Assembly: GCA_049317805.1 (NCBI GenBank)
Contig: JBMOHO010000001.1
Location: 1 to 39,943 of the forward strand
Length of the DNA: 39,943 bases
Reading direction: 5' to 3'
From: Saprospiraceae bacterium
Lineage (GTDB): Bacteria > Bacteroidota > Bacteroidia > Chitinophagales > Saprospiraceae
The notes beneath the pieces are model-generated. The model was not told the DNA's origin. It searched no databases and saw only the letters and a program-made list of their open reading frames with translations. Of this stretch, positions 17,264 to 26,607 are shown in pieces. The stretch's first letter is position 1. Each line of letters begins with the position of its first letter. The position numbers were made by a program, and so were the translations under genes.

Positions 17264-18718
17264 ATGGAAACTACCTATCTTTTGATCATTTTGTTGCTTG
17301 TGCTGCTGCTGGTCTTGGCAGGCATCGTATTGTTTTACGGTTGGTACAATCAAAAAGACAAAGCACCAGATCAACCGGTCACACCTCCTGTTATTCCTCC
17401 GGTCAGACCATCCAAGGTTTTCCCCAAGGCTGGCCCCAATGGTGAAGACGTCGTCACTACTTATGACCCCACTTCCCTGATCTTCTCGTATTCGCCCTTT
17501 ACCGATTCGAAAGAGTGGATCAATTACGTGCACAAAAGCTTGAGAGACGCCGGTTATTTCCTGGAGGACGAGTGCGCTTGTTCAGGCAAGATTGAACTTT
17601 GGCGGTACGATAGCGATACCATGGGGCCTAAGGTGACTCTAATCGGTGATGATAAAAACGCCATTGGCAAGGGATCAACTACTACCACGGGTACCATCAG
17701 TGAGGGGAGCGGTCTGAGTTTAAATTTTGATCTGGTATACAAGCCCGAGCAGATAAGAGCCAAAAGTACAGATGATGACCGCACCAAGCCTGTTTGTGGA
17801 GGCAACCAGAAGCCGGTGCGGGTTGGTGTGGTGGATACGGGTGTAGACTATTGCCACCCCGAGTTGAATGGTTTTCTTTGGCCTTCCAAACCGCTTTCCC
17901 CTGCGGAAGTTTGTATCGGAACACCTGCTCTTTTTGGTGCCAATTTGATCACCCCAGGTGCCGCGCCCAAGGATCAACACGGACATGGTACTCAGTTGTG
18001 TGGCATTATTGCGGGTTTTGCCGATCATGATTCAGACTACAAAATGGTTAACATGGAAGTGGTCAATGTCAAATTTACCTCCGGCAGAGGGGGCAATGGC
18101 AGCCTGTTCAAGGCCATTTGCGGCGTGTATTACGCCATGAATCAAGGGGCCAAAGTGATCAACATGAGCTGGGGTTACCTCGACACTGAAGCACCCGAAC
18201 TGATGCGCCCACTGTTGGCGCGTGCTGAAAGAGAAAACATTGTACTGGTAGCAGGTATAGGCAACAACGCCGTGGCGCTGGATAAAGACCTGAGGTTCTG
18301 GCCTGCTTCTTTTGCTACAGAATCAAAAGTACTGATTTCCGTTGGCGGTTTGGAAAATCAAGATGAAACCAATTTGGCAAGCATGTCCAACTGGAGCCAT
18401 AAGCCGGAACACATGAACATTGTAGCCCTTGCAAAAGACGTACTCACCACTTTCCCGACAGATGTGGTAGACGCCAATAACAACACTGGAATGTACACGC
18501 TGAGCAGCGGCACTTCCATGTCTACGGCCATTGTCACCCGTACAGCCGCACTGTTGCGCGCTTACAATAACAATCTTACAGCCGCTCAAACCAAGCAGCT
18601 TATTATTGATTTTGGCAAGCCCGTTTCTTTGTCCACCATCAGTAATGATCCCACAAAAAGAGAAATAATCCAAACAAAATTACTTGATCAGGCTGCGGTA
18701 TTAGCGAACGTACTGTAG
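17264..18718 (+). CDS. Membrane-anchored S8 (subtilisin) family serine peptidase
   Basis: It has an N-terminal TM helix (YLLIILLLVLLLVLAGIVLFYGWY). The catalytic triad motifs are VGVVDTGVDYCHPEL (Asp), HGHGTQLCGIIAG (His) and SGTSMSTAIVTRTAA (Ser). Confidence 0.85.
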   Translation: METTYLLIILLLVLLLVLAGIVLFYGWYNQKDKAPDQPVTPPVIPPVRPSKVFPKAGPNGEDVVTTYDPTSLIFSYSPFTDSKEWINYVHKSLRDAGYFLEDECACSGKIELWRYDSDTMGPKVTLIGDDKNAIGKGSTTTTGTISEGSGLSLNFDLVYKPEQIRAKSTDDDRTKPVCGGNQKPVRVGVVDTGVDYCHPELNGFLWPSKPLSPAEVCIGTPALFGANLITPGAAPKDQHGHGTQLCGIIAGFADHDSDYKMVNMEVVNVKFTSGRGGNGSLFKAICGVYYAMNQGAKVINMSWGYLDTEAPELMRPLLARAERENIVLVAGIGNNAVALDKDLRFWPASFATESKVLISVGGLENQDETNLASMSNWSHKPEHMNIVALAKDVLTTFPTDVVDANNNTGMYTLSSGTSMSTAIVTRTAALLRAYNNNLTAAQTKQLIIDFGKPVSLSTISNDPTKREIIQTKLLDQAAVLANVL

Positions 18719-18756
18719 CGATTGCGGGCTATTATGCCACATTGCCACCACCTGCC

Positions 18757-21750
18757 ATGCGCAAATCAACTGATCAAAACCAGGCATACATACACGCCAT
18801 TACCTTAATAGCCCTTTCAGGGTTACTATGGCTGGGGTGTATGGGACAGCAGGAACCTCAGATCGTTTCTTCTGAAGCAGGTCTACAACATGCTTGTACT
18901 GATGAAAAGGTACAACAGGTTATTGATGACAAAAGAACAGCAATATCTTCCAATACGCCCTTGGAGGGTTTGCGTCATTTATGGGAAAAGCATCAGGATA
19001 GTCGTTGTTTTCGCATTGATTCCCTATTGGCCGCAGCTGCACATGACTTGGGAAGGCAGTTTGAAAACGATTGTCATGTAGCGCTTAAATGTCATCAATT
19101 GGCCTTGGAGATCAGAAAACAGATGTATACCCCTGAACCTGTCCATATCGATGTTCAACGTTCATATTTCAACATTGGGTTTAAAAATTTTGAATTAGAT
19201 GAATTAGACAGTGCGTTGTACTATTACAACCAGATACCCAAAACAGCACCCATTAACCTACCCTATTTTGTCAAAACGTACGAAACGGGGAACGTATACA
19301 TGCGAAAGGGAGAGCTTACTACAGCAGGAGCGTATTTAGATGAAGCCGAACACTATCTCCAAAAAAATCAGGATATTGACGTGCAAATTCTAACAAAAAC
19401 GCCCTCATTGATGGTCGTTGTTTCTGATTATTACCGCCAAATAAAAAAATGTAGTACGTCGATCGAAAAAGGGAAAACCGGTTTGGCCTACCTTGCTCAA
19501 AACGGCATAATAAGTCCAACCAATTACGCAGCTTTGTGCAACAACATAGGCATGGCCTGGATAGATTCACTTGGCATGGTAGCCAAGGAAATGCACCCAA
19601 TACCCACCGCCATCAGGGACTCCGCCATTTGGTACACCGTACAGGGCATTCGGGTTTTTGAAGATGCTAACGATGTAGTTCGTTTTGCCGAATCCTCCAG
19701 AAACCTTGGAAAACTATACCTACGCTGCAATCTGTATCCGCAGGCAATTGCCTGTTTGTCCAAAGCCATACAAAAAGTAAAAACCGATAACGCCGCCCTG
19801 CGCATACTTCAGGCTGAATTATTCATCAATAGAGGTGTCTGCCAGTATCATATCGGGCAATACGATTCAGCACTTGCCGACTATGATTCCGCTACATCTC
19901 TGTTGTTGCCAGCCTACCACAATGGAGCCAGTACAGCATCCGACTACTCCGAAGAGCCTATAGCCGACCTCGTAGACTTTTTTAAACTGCTTGATTCGAA
20001 GGCGCTCACCCACCTGGCGCAGTTCAAGGCTAATCCGTCGGACATAACACCACTTTGCAAAGCCGACACCATATACACCTCCCTCACCACCCTTGCCGAC
20101 CGCATGCGCTTGGAGTACTTATCCTCCGATTCGAAGCAAAACCTGTCAGCCGAGTTGCAAGGGAGATTAGATAACGCTTTTGAGGTGTGCCTGTTGCTCA
20201 AACAACATGACCCGAAGCATGCCGACCAATACCTTAATCGGGCTTTCAGCATCGCTGAAAACAGCAAGTCGGCCATGCTCCTGGAATCCGTGCGCCAAAA
20301 AAGCGCGTTTGATCAATTGTCGCCCGAGTGGAAGGCCCGGAATGCGTATTTGAAAGACCGGCAGGTGAAAATTGAAGACGACATGTTTCTCAAAAGGAAT
20401 AACCCCGGTGCCATGTCTGCTTTGCAACAAGCCTGGCGTGAAAACTTTGAGGATCAACGCCAATTCAGGGACAGCCTGGAGCAGCAAAACGCTCAATTTT
20501 TCAATGCGCGGAATTTTCATTCGGATATAGCCGCCGATGCTATTCAAAAAAATTTATTAGGCAAAGACCGCTTCCTACTGGAGTACTATACCTTCCAAAA
20601 CGAGGTGTACATTTTTGTGGTGACGCCCGACACCTTGGTGCTGCGTTCGGTGCCCCTGCAAGCCGATTTTAGCAAACAGCTGAACCTGCTGAACAGCAAA
20701 CAGGAGACAACAGAAACAATGCGCGCGGCGCACTCGATTTACAATCAATTGTTGGGGCCTGTAGACGACCTCTTGCCTGAGGGTGCCCGGCTGATCATCA
20801 TCCCCGACGCACCGTTTCACAACCTGCCGTTTGAAACGCTGCTGTGGCAATACGACGGAGGCAACGCGCAACAGCAATTGGAAAACAAACGCTACGCCCT
20901 GTTTCGCTACACCATCAGCTACTGTTATTCCGCCAACCTGCTGATGGAAATGACCAAAAAAGTGCTGCCACCGAAAACAAAGCACGAGTTGGCCGCTTTC
21001 GCACCCGATTTTGCGCAGGAACAGGTTTCACCCTGCGACCCTACCCTACCCTCCTCCCTCTGTGCGGTGCTGCCCAGCCTCACGCCATTGTCCAATGCCG
21101 ATGAACTGAACAAAATAGCCCAAAAAGTGCGCATCAAACGGTATGAAGGCGTAGAGGCAAACAAAACGAATTTCCTGGGCAGTTGCAACACACGCAGCTT
21201 GGCCCACGTGGCGTCGCATTGCGTGCTCAATGACGACGATCCGAATTTTAACTTCATTGCGTTTGCCGGGTTTAAGCCGGGGAGCCAGGAAAATGGGCTG
21301 CTTTTCCTGAACGATTTGTACGCGCAACCGCTTAACCTCGATTTTTTGGGTTTTTCTGCCTGCGAAACCTCGAAAGGCCAGTTTGTTAGCGGCGAAGGCA
21401 ACATGAGCATGGCCCGAGGCCTCACCTCTGCCGGTGTAAAGAGTTTTGTGACCACGCTCTGGCCGGTGTACTCCGACAACAATGCTGCCATTTTTCCCCG
21501 GTTTTATGCAGCCTTGCAGTCGGGCGTGCCCAAAGACGTGGCCCTGGCAGAAGCCAAGCGTGCGTTTGCCCTCGGTCAGGGCCGTTCGCCGTTCGACTGG
21601 GGCGGGCTGGTGCTCATTGGCGACGCGGGTGCCATTACGCTCCAGGATTATCGCTCTGGCGATCCCTTCCCTTGGTGGTTGATGGCGGGTTTGATGGCCA
21701 TTTCGGCTTGCACATTTTGGTTTTTCCGCTCGCGGAAACGCGTTATTTGA
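18757..21750 (+). CDS. TPR-repeat CHAT-domain protein with a lipoprotein-type signal and a C-terminal TM anchor
   Basis: The likely start is ATG 18757 (MRKSTDQ...LIALSGLLWLGC). About 550 aa of TPR-like helical repeats follow. The CHAT domain reads RLIIIPDAPFHNLPFETLL, AHVASHCVL (His) and LGFSACETSKG (Cys), then FVTTLWPV. The C-terminus is WWLMAGLMAISACTFWFFRSRKRVI. Confidence 0.8.
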   Translation: MRKSTDQNQAYIHAITLIALSGLLWLGCMGQQEPQIVSSEAGLQHACTDEKVQQVIDDKRTAISSNTPLEGLRHLWEKHQDSRCFRIDSLLAAAAHDLGRQFENDCHVALKCHQLALEIRKQMYTPEPVHIDVQRSYFNIGFKNFELDELDSALYYYNQIPKTAPINLPYFVKTYETGNVYMRKGELTTAGAYLDEAEHYLQKNQDIDVQILTKTPSLMVVVSDYYRQIKKCSTSIEKGKTGLAYLAQNGIISPTNYAALCNNIGMAWIDSLGMVAKEMHPIPTAIRDSAIWYTVQGIRVFEDANDVVRFAESSRNLGKLYLRCNLYPQAIACLSKAIQKVKTDNAALRILQAELFINRGVCQYHIGQYDSALADYDSATSLLLPAYHNGASTASDYSEEPIADLVDFFKLLDSKALTHLAQFKANPSDITPLCKADTIYTSLTTLADRMRLEYLSSDSKQNLSAELQGRLDNAFEVCLLLKQHDPKHADQYLNRAFSIAENSKSAMLLESVRQKSAFDQLSPEWKARNAYLKDRQVKIEDDMFLKRNNPGAMSALQQAWRENFEDQRQFRDSLEQQNAQFFNARNFHSDIAADAIQKNLLGKDRFLLEYYTFQNEVYIFVVTPDTLVLRSVPLQADFSKQLNLLNSKQETTETMRAAHSIYNQLLGPVDDLLPEGARLIIIPDAPFHNLPFETLLWQYDGGNAQQQLENKRYALFRYTISYCYSANLLMEMTKKVLPPKTKHELAAFAPDFAQEQVSPCDPTLPSSLCAVLPSLTPLSNADELNKIAQKVRIKRYEGVEANKTNFLGSCNTRSLAHVASHCVLNDDDPNFNFIAFAGFKPGSQENGLLFLNDLYAQPLNLDFLGFSACETSKGQFVSGEGNMSMARGLTSAGVKSFVTTLWPVYSDNNAAIFPRFYAALQSGVPKDVALAEAKRAFALGQGRSPFDWGGLVLIGDAGAITLQDYRSGDPFPWWLMAGLMAISACTFWFFRSRKRVI

Positions 21751-22558
21751 ATTTATCCTGGAGTTCTACGGCCTTTTCGCGGGCTTCTTCGTTGACAGGC
21801 CCCTGTAGGTCGGGGTCGTTTTCCAGCATGTCGTTCAGTTGGGCACGTATGGCTTTCCATTGATCCGGGTGTTCACCGAGTTTGGCCAGGAGGAGATTGA
21901 CCTTCATTTTGCCGATGCTCTTGTTGTACCGGTCCTGTTCCACCGTGCTGCGCTGAGCAAGACATTCTTCAAGGCCCTTGCGCGCTTCGGCGTAGTGTCC
22001 GTTTTTCAGTTCCCAGTGCGCCAGGTAGTAATGGGCCATGCAGAATTGGCCGCAAGATTGGGCCAGTTGAGCAAGGCTGTCGCGGCCGCCGGGTTTCAGG
22101 CCGTAATACAAGTCAGAAGAGCGCTGGAGCACATCCCGCGCGTCCATGGTACCACCGCCAGCCTGGCTGAAGTTGAACGGACGGAGCATGTGCGCCTCCA
22201 CGGGTTGAAAAGAAGGGACGGCTTGAGTGCGATACAGCAACCACAATCCGGAAAGCATGATAGTGGCCAATAAAGCGCCGGTGACAATGGGTTGGGCGCT
22301 GAAGGCAAGCCACAGTTTGTCCCACCAATTGAGTTGAGGTATGGGCAGGGGGCCGGTTTCCAGTCGAACCTGGTTGGCCAGGGTGCGCTGTTGTTCGAGT
22401 AAAAAGTAATCGTCGGCTTTTTCAGACAGGTTAAATTGGATGTAGGCTTTTTTCAGGTCGGCGTCTTGTCGAAGTGCTTTTTCAAAATCCTTTCGTTCAG
22501 CTGCGGTCAGTTGTCCGTAGAGGTATTGCTGGATTTTATCTGCGTAAGAATTGTTCAT
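21743..22558 (-). CDS. Anti-sigma-factor-like single-pass membrane protein with an extracytoplasmic TPR-like domain
   Basis: The likely start is ATG 22558 (MNNSYADKIQQYLYGQLTAAERKDFEKALRQDADLKKAY), an N-terminal pattern common in Bacteroidota anti-sigma factors. The TM helix is IVTGALLATIMLSGLWLLY. The C-terminal helical repeats include AHYYLAHWELKNGHYAEARKGLEECL. It lies directly downstream of the sigma-like gene. Confidence 0.5.
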   Translation of the reverse strand: MNNSYADKIQQYLYGQLTAAERKDFEKALRQDADLKKAYIQFNLSEKADDYFLLEQQRTLANQVRLETGPLPIPQLNWWDKLWLAFSAQPIVTGALLATIMLSGLWLLYRTQAVPSFQPVEAHMLRPFNFSQAGGGTMDARDVLQRSSDLYYGLKPGGRDSLAQLAQSCGQFCMAHYYLAHWELKNGHYAEARKGLEECLAQRSTVEQDRYNKSIGKMKVNLLLAKLGEHPDQWKAIRAQLNDMLENDPDLQGPVNEEAREKAVELQDKFK

Positions 22559-22586
22559 GATGAGCAGAAGATTAGGTTTAGGTCGT

Positions 22587-23213
22587 TTATGCAAACGTGT
22601 TAAAAAAATCGTCCAGGTCTTCCCGCATACTTTTCAGGATGATGCGGAGCTTTTCCCGGCAACGGGTTAGTGTTTGAGGTACAGAGCCAGCCGAAAGTGG
22701 TTTTTCGTCCGGTTTCTTTTGTTCGTTGGCGCGCTCGGCAAGTACGGACTTGTCGGTCACCGGCGGTTCTTCGAGGTAGTACAACCACATGAGGAGGCTG
22801 CACTGGTCGCCGAGTTGACCGACTGCCCGTTCAACCACTTCGCGCAAATTGAACCGCTCGTTGGCTTCCGGGTCTGTGATCATGAGCCGCAGGTAGTCTA
22901 TCGGCAGTTCATCGGAGGCGTTGATGCCTTTTCGACGAGCTGCTGTGCACACGTTGCGGCACAGGCCGTGGAAGTAAGACCGCAGGTTGGTGCGGGGGCC
23001 GCGTCCGGCTTGAATTTCAACGACTACCCGAATGACGGCTTCGTGGAATACGTCCTCCCAGTCCATCAGGGTAGTCAATGCGCTAAACTGCCGGCTTACC
23101 TTGTAGGCTGTTTTTTGGAGGTCTTTGTTGTTGTACAACAGTTCGTAAGCCTCTTTCATGCTTTCATCGGTACCGGTCAGTACCGCATTTCTAATCGCAT
23201 TAATGTCGGACAT
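22587..23213 (-). CDS. Divergent ECF-like sigma-70 family factor
   Basis: The region-2-like segment is WEDVFHEAVIRVVVEI...LRSYFHGLCRNVCTAARRKG. The region-4-like segment is LGDQCSLLMWLYYLEE...SAGSVPQTLTRCREKLRIIL, with an unusual ~25-aa insertion where the first HTH helix is expected. Confidence 0.55.
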   Translation of the reverse strand: MSDINAIRNAVLTGTDESMKEAYELLYNNKDLQKTAYKVSRQFSALTTLMDWEDVFHEAVIRVVVEIQAGRGPRTNLRSYFHGLCRNVCTAARRKGINASDELPIDYLRLMITDPEANERFNLREVVERAVGQLGDQCSLLMWLYYLEEPPVTDKSVLAERANEQKKPDEKPLSAGSVPQTLTRCREKLRIILKSMREDLDDFFNTFA

Positions 23214-23375
23214 AATGAGCGTTCAAAGGTTAGTAACAGAAAGAGGGTTAAAATAAACAAGTCGAACGCATGAAATAACGATATTATACAAAAAAAGATT
23301 ATAAGTACCGGCATATGGCATGCAAAGATAAAAACATGCGGCCAGGGAATCACTCCACTGGCACAAACTCTGCAA

Positions 23376-24929
23376 CTATGCTTCCTCAGCCTTCCACTCC
23401 TGCACGTTTTTGGCCTCTACGTCGAAGGCCACGCCCACCAGCGTCAGCGGTTTGCCGGCGGAGCGGAAACGTTCCGGGTAGCCTTTGGCGCGAATCTGGC
23501 CCAGCGCCGCCTCTGCGCGCTCGCGCAACTTGAACTCAAACACATACACGCGCCCGCCCGTGTCGAGCACCGCGTCCATGCGGCCCTGGTTGGTGGGAAT
23601 TTCGGAGTGGACGACGAAGCCCGTGAGCGTGAGCACGACGTGTACTACGGTGTGGAAATACGACTCCTGCGTGCCCGCGATCTGGTACGGGATGGAGGCG
23701 AACAGGCTGGACAGTACCCGAAAAAAAGCCTCAAGGTCGCCCGCCTCCAGCGCATCGCGCATCTTGTCGGTGTAGGTGTGCTCTGTGAGGAACACGGGTT
23801 TGTCGGTGTACTCGGCCAGCAGGTTTTTCAAAAAGGAGCTTTTGACCTCCTCGTTGGGGTACGACAGGTGGTAGCGCTGGCGCAGCGGGTTGGACGCATC
23901 AATTCTTTTTATGGTCAGGTAGCCCGTCTGGAACAGCAGCGAGACGGGGTCAATGGCGCTCACGTCGGCACTTTCCAGCAGGGCCTCCGAGCCGGACACG
24001 CTTTCCAGTTCGTAGGCCGTGATTTGCCTTTTTTTCAGCAACCGGGTCAGAAAAGACGGTGTGCCGGTGGTGAACCAGTAGTTGGCGAAGCGTCTGTCGG
24101 CAAAAAAATTGAGCAGGGAAAAAGGGTTGTACACCGTGTTCTTCCCGTCCCAGGAGTAGCCGTTGTAGTAAAACCGAACGGCTTCGAGCAGCTTCGGCAT
24201 GGGCATCCCGATATCGCGGCCGGCGCGTTCCATGTAGGGCTGAAAATTGGCCAGCACCTCCTCCTCGCTCCAGCCCAGCAGGCAAGAAAAATCGGGGTTC
24301 ATGGTGATGTCGTTCAGGTTGTTCAGGTCGGAGAAAATAGACACCCGTCCGTACTTGGACACCCCGGTGATGAACACGAAATGGATGCAGCGGTCCAGCG
24401 ACTTGAGCGTGGCGTAAAAATTCTTCAGGGTGCGCACGTTTTCCTGGATGCGCTCCTCCTCCTCGCCCAGAAAATCGGTGATGGCCTTGTCGTACTCATC
24501 TATGAGCACCACGACCTTGCGGTCGGCGCTGCTCAGGGTTTCGAGCAGTTCCACAAATTTCCCTTTGTAATCGGCCTGCGTTAGGCGGACGTTGTTGTCG
24601 CGTGCATTGGCTTCCATCTGTTTGTCCAGCTCGATCGGTAGCGGGTTGGAGAGATAGTCCATCTGGTTGAAGTCCACCCGGATCACCGGGTACGGTTCCC
24701 AAGTGATCTTGTCCTCGATCCACAGGCCCTGGAACGGCGTTTTGTTTCCCCGAAAAATCTCGTGCAGCGTGCTGACCAGCAGCGACTTGCCGAAGCGCCG
24801 CGGCCGGGACAGGAACAGGTATGGGCCAGCCTGGAGCAGCCGGTGAATCTGTTCGGTCTTGTCCACGTACAGGTAGCCATCGCCGATGAGCGAGGGGAAG
24901 TCCTGTTTGCCGATGGGAAGTTTTTTCAT
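23376..24929 (-). CDS. Predicted AAA-ATPase (AAA-ATPase_like) + PD-(D/E)XK nuclease family protein
   Basis: MKKLPIGKQDFPSLIGDGYLYVDKTEQIHRLLQAGPYLFLSRPRRFGKSLLVSTL..FQGLWIE is the stereotyped N-terminus of this very common Bacteroidota family. The C-terminal part (...EIPTNQGRMDAVLDTGGRVYVFEFKL...) fits the PD-(D/E)XK module. Confidence 0.85.
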   Translation of the reverse strand: MKKLPIGKQDFPSLIGDGYLYVDKTEQIHRLLQAGPYLFLSRPRRFGKSLLVSTLHEIFRGNKTPFQGLWIEDKITWEPYPVIRVDFNQMDYLSNPLPIELDKQMEANARDNNVRLTQADYKGKFVELLETLSSADRKVVVLIDEYDKAITDFLGEEEERIQENVRTLKNFYATLKSLDRCIHFVFITGVSKYGRVSIFSDLNNLNDITMNPDFSCLLGWSEEEVLANFQPYMERAGRDIGMPMPKLLEAVRFYYNGYSWDGKNTVYNPFSLLNFFADRRFANYWFTTGTPSFLTRLLKKRQITAYELESVSGSEALLESADVSAIDPVSLLFQTGYLTIKRIDASNPLRQRYHLSYPNEEVKSSFLKNLLAEYTDKPVFLTEHTYTDKMRDALEAGDLEAFFRVLSSLFASIPYQIAGTQESYFHTVVHVVLTLTGFVVHSEIPTNQGRMDAVLDTGGRVYVFEFKLRERAEAALGQIRAKGYPERFRSAGKPLTLVGVAFDVEAKNVQEWKAEEA

Positions 24930-25034
24930 GGGCGCGAAGGTAGGGAAAAGCGTGCAATGCGGTTTTTACTCCACGGGCACAAACCCCGCCCACTGGTACG
25001 GGTTAATGAGCCGTGTACCAAACCATGCCTACGT

Positions 25035-25433
25035 TTATAAATGTTCCGAATTTGGTGGCATAATGCGCTTTTTCCGCAGACTTATGACCGCCACAACGGC
25101 CGTGATCAAGAACGGAAGACTCCACACAATGATCTTCCAGTTCATGGCCAACAGCCCGATAACAAATAACAATATCATGATGGTGCTCAAACAAACCAGA
25201 CCGGCGAGAAACAACGCTTTTTTGGGCTTTGTTTGAAATAAGGTCACCAGCAACATTATTTGTCCGAGCATGGGCAATATGGTGAACGGATGGATAACCG
25301 ACAAAGGGCTGTTCCAAAGTTTTTGAAAAACGACGACTTCCAGTTCGTACAGAAATCCGTGGTTGCCGCCGCCCCATTCGAGGTAGCCGATGAGGGAACT
25401 GAGGAAAAGAATAAGGATAATAGGCTTTTTCAT
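25035..25433 (-). CDS. Small hypothetical membrane protein (about four TM helices)
   Basis: 132-aa ORF: MKKPIILILFLSSLIGYLEWGGGN... with four hydrophobic segments and a clean ATG start. No family recognised. Confidence 0.5.
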   Translation of the reverse strand: MKKPIILILFLSSLIGYLEWGGGNHGFLYELEVVVFQKLWNSPLSVIHPFTILPMLGQIMLLVTLFQTKPKKALFLAGLVCLSTIMILLFVIGLLAMNWKIIVWSLPFLITAVVAVISLRKKRIMPPNSEHL

Positions 25434-25683
25434 GGTGTTTCAATATATGACTATTCTACCAATACAAACCCCGCCCACGCCATCGCTCAATTATTCCACT
25501 AATGTAAAAAAAACAACCATAAACGATCAAAATATTTGGAATGTGTAGTTGAATAAAAAAATTTGCAAGCTGGTGTTGATTGGGATGCAAGACCTGTTAC
25601 TACCCTTTAACATCGGCTAATGAGCCCCAAATGCCAGGTACCGTGTTTTCCTGCTTATCCCCCCTGAGAAGCCATAAAACCAA

Positions 25684-26196
25684 ATGAAGTGGAATCAACT
25701 CCCGTCCGGAAAGCCGGACGGGAAATTCCTTAGCCGCCACCTTGCGTATTGCACCCCATCCATTTTCCAGGCATCATCTTCCCCCCTCATCATGAACCAA
25801 ACAGCATACCTCCCCAACTACAGTGCCCCCTCCCCTGCCCTATTGGCTCCCATGCGTTCGCGCACCGGCGAATTGCTGATCAACCGCATTCAGGAAGCCA
25901 TCATCCACCACATCGACGACGAGGCGTTTGGCCCCTTTGAATTGGCCAAAGCGATGGGCATGAGCCGCTACCACCTGCACCGGCTGATCAAATCGGCCAC
26001 AGGCCTGAAAACCACCGAACTCATGCACCAGGTGCGCATAAAGCATGCCTGCTCCATCCTGATGTCCACCGGTTATTCGGTCAAGGAAGTGGCCTATGCC
26101 GTGGGGTACAGCACGCCGAGTTATTTTACGCGGGTGTTTCGGCAGGTAATGGGGGTGTGCCCGCAGGGATATTTAAGGAGTGCCGTGGCAGAATAA
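25684..26196 (+). CDS. AraC-family HTH transcriptional regulator (DNA-binding domain only)
   Basis: The C-terminal ~100 aa read LINRIQEAIIHHIDDEAFGPFELAKAMGMSRYHLHRLIKSATG...VKEVAYAVGYSTPSYFTRVFRQVMGVCPQGY, the double HTH of AraC/XylS. The start is uncertain; internal Met codons lie at about 25792 and 25852. Confidence 0.75.
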   Translation: MKWNQLPSGKPDGKFLSRHLAYCTPSIFQASSSPLIMNQTAYLPNYSAPSPALLAPMRSRTGELLINRIQEAIIHHIDDEAFGPFELAKAMGMSRYHLHRLIKSATGLKTTELMHQVRIKHACSILMSTGYSVKEVAYAVGYSTPSYFTRVFRQVMGVCPQGYLRSAVAE

Positions 26197-26361
26197 GCAT
26201 CATCTTCGAATATCCGTGAAGGGGAGGTTACTATTTTGAACGACGGGGGTGGCATATACGAGCTGCGTTTATCCGGTCATATTCCAGCTGGTTTGTACTT
26301 CATACAACTGACTGACGTAGCCGGCAAACAGGAAACGTTGTTGTTTTGTGTGCAAGATTAA
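26197..26361 (+). pseudogene. Orphan remnant of a T9SS C-terminal sorting domain (Por_Secre_tail-like), no start codon
   Basis: The frame directly after the AraC stop reads ASSSNIREGEVTILNDGGGIYELRLSGHIPAGLYFIQLTDVAGKQETLLFCVQD*. The ...L..G.Y.I.L.....K....L pattern resembles the CTD at the end of the 38257 gene. There is no Met or upstream coding sequence, and a hairpin terminator follows. Confidence 0.55.
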
Positions 26362-26382
26362 CAATTAACTGGTCTTTTTTGG

Positions 26383-26425
26383 ACAGCGGAAAGCCAATAG
26401 TTGTGGTTTTCCGCTGTTTTTTTTG
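26383..26425 (+). terminator. Intrinsic terminator (hairpin + T-run) belonging to the decayed T9SS-tail gene
   Basis: ACAGCGGAAA-(14 nt)-TTTTCCGCTGT is followed by TTTTTTTT. It lies 22 nt after the TAA of the remnant. Confidence 0.55.
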
Positions 26426-26607
26426 GGTAAAATTTAGAAATGTTGACCATTAATGAGCCGCTACATAAATCGGATGCATCTGCTTCGCTTCCTTGACCCA
26501 GGATATAGCAGTAAAGGTAGCATATTCTCTTACCATTGATCAGGAGACACTCGTATTCCTGGAGCAGCACTACTCTGCAGGGCTGTACAGATGTATCGGA
26601 CGCGCAT

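Noticed and set aside
23607-24584. 325-aa plus-strand ORF
   Set aside because: It is antisense to the AAA-ATPase/PD-(D/E)XK gene, whose N-terminus is unmistakable. I treat it as a shadow ORF.
24979-24993. A 15-mer, ACAAACCCCGCCCAC, repeated at 25464-25478, and a 17/18 match ACTCCACNGGCACAAAC at 23352 and 24969. These appear to flank the AAA-ATPase and membrane-protein genes. TTAATGAGCCG also recurs at about 25004 and 26449
   Set aside because: By back-of-envelope expectation, exact 11-mers are expected by chance hundreds of times in 40 kb on both strands. 15-mers and 18-mers with one mismatch are expected about once. The flanks do not extend the similarity. This is not enough to call a repeat element or target-site duplication.
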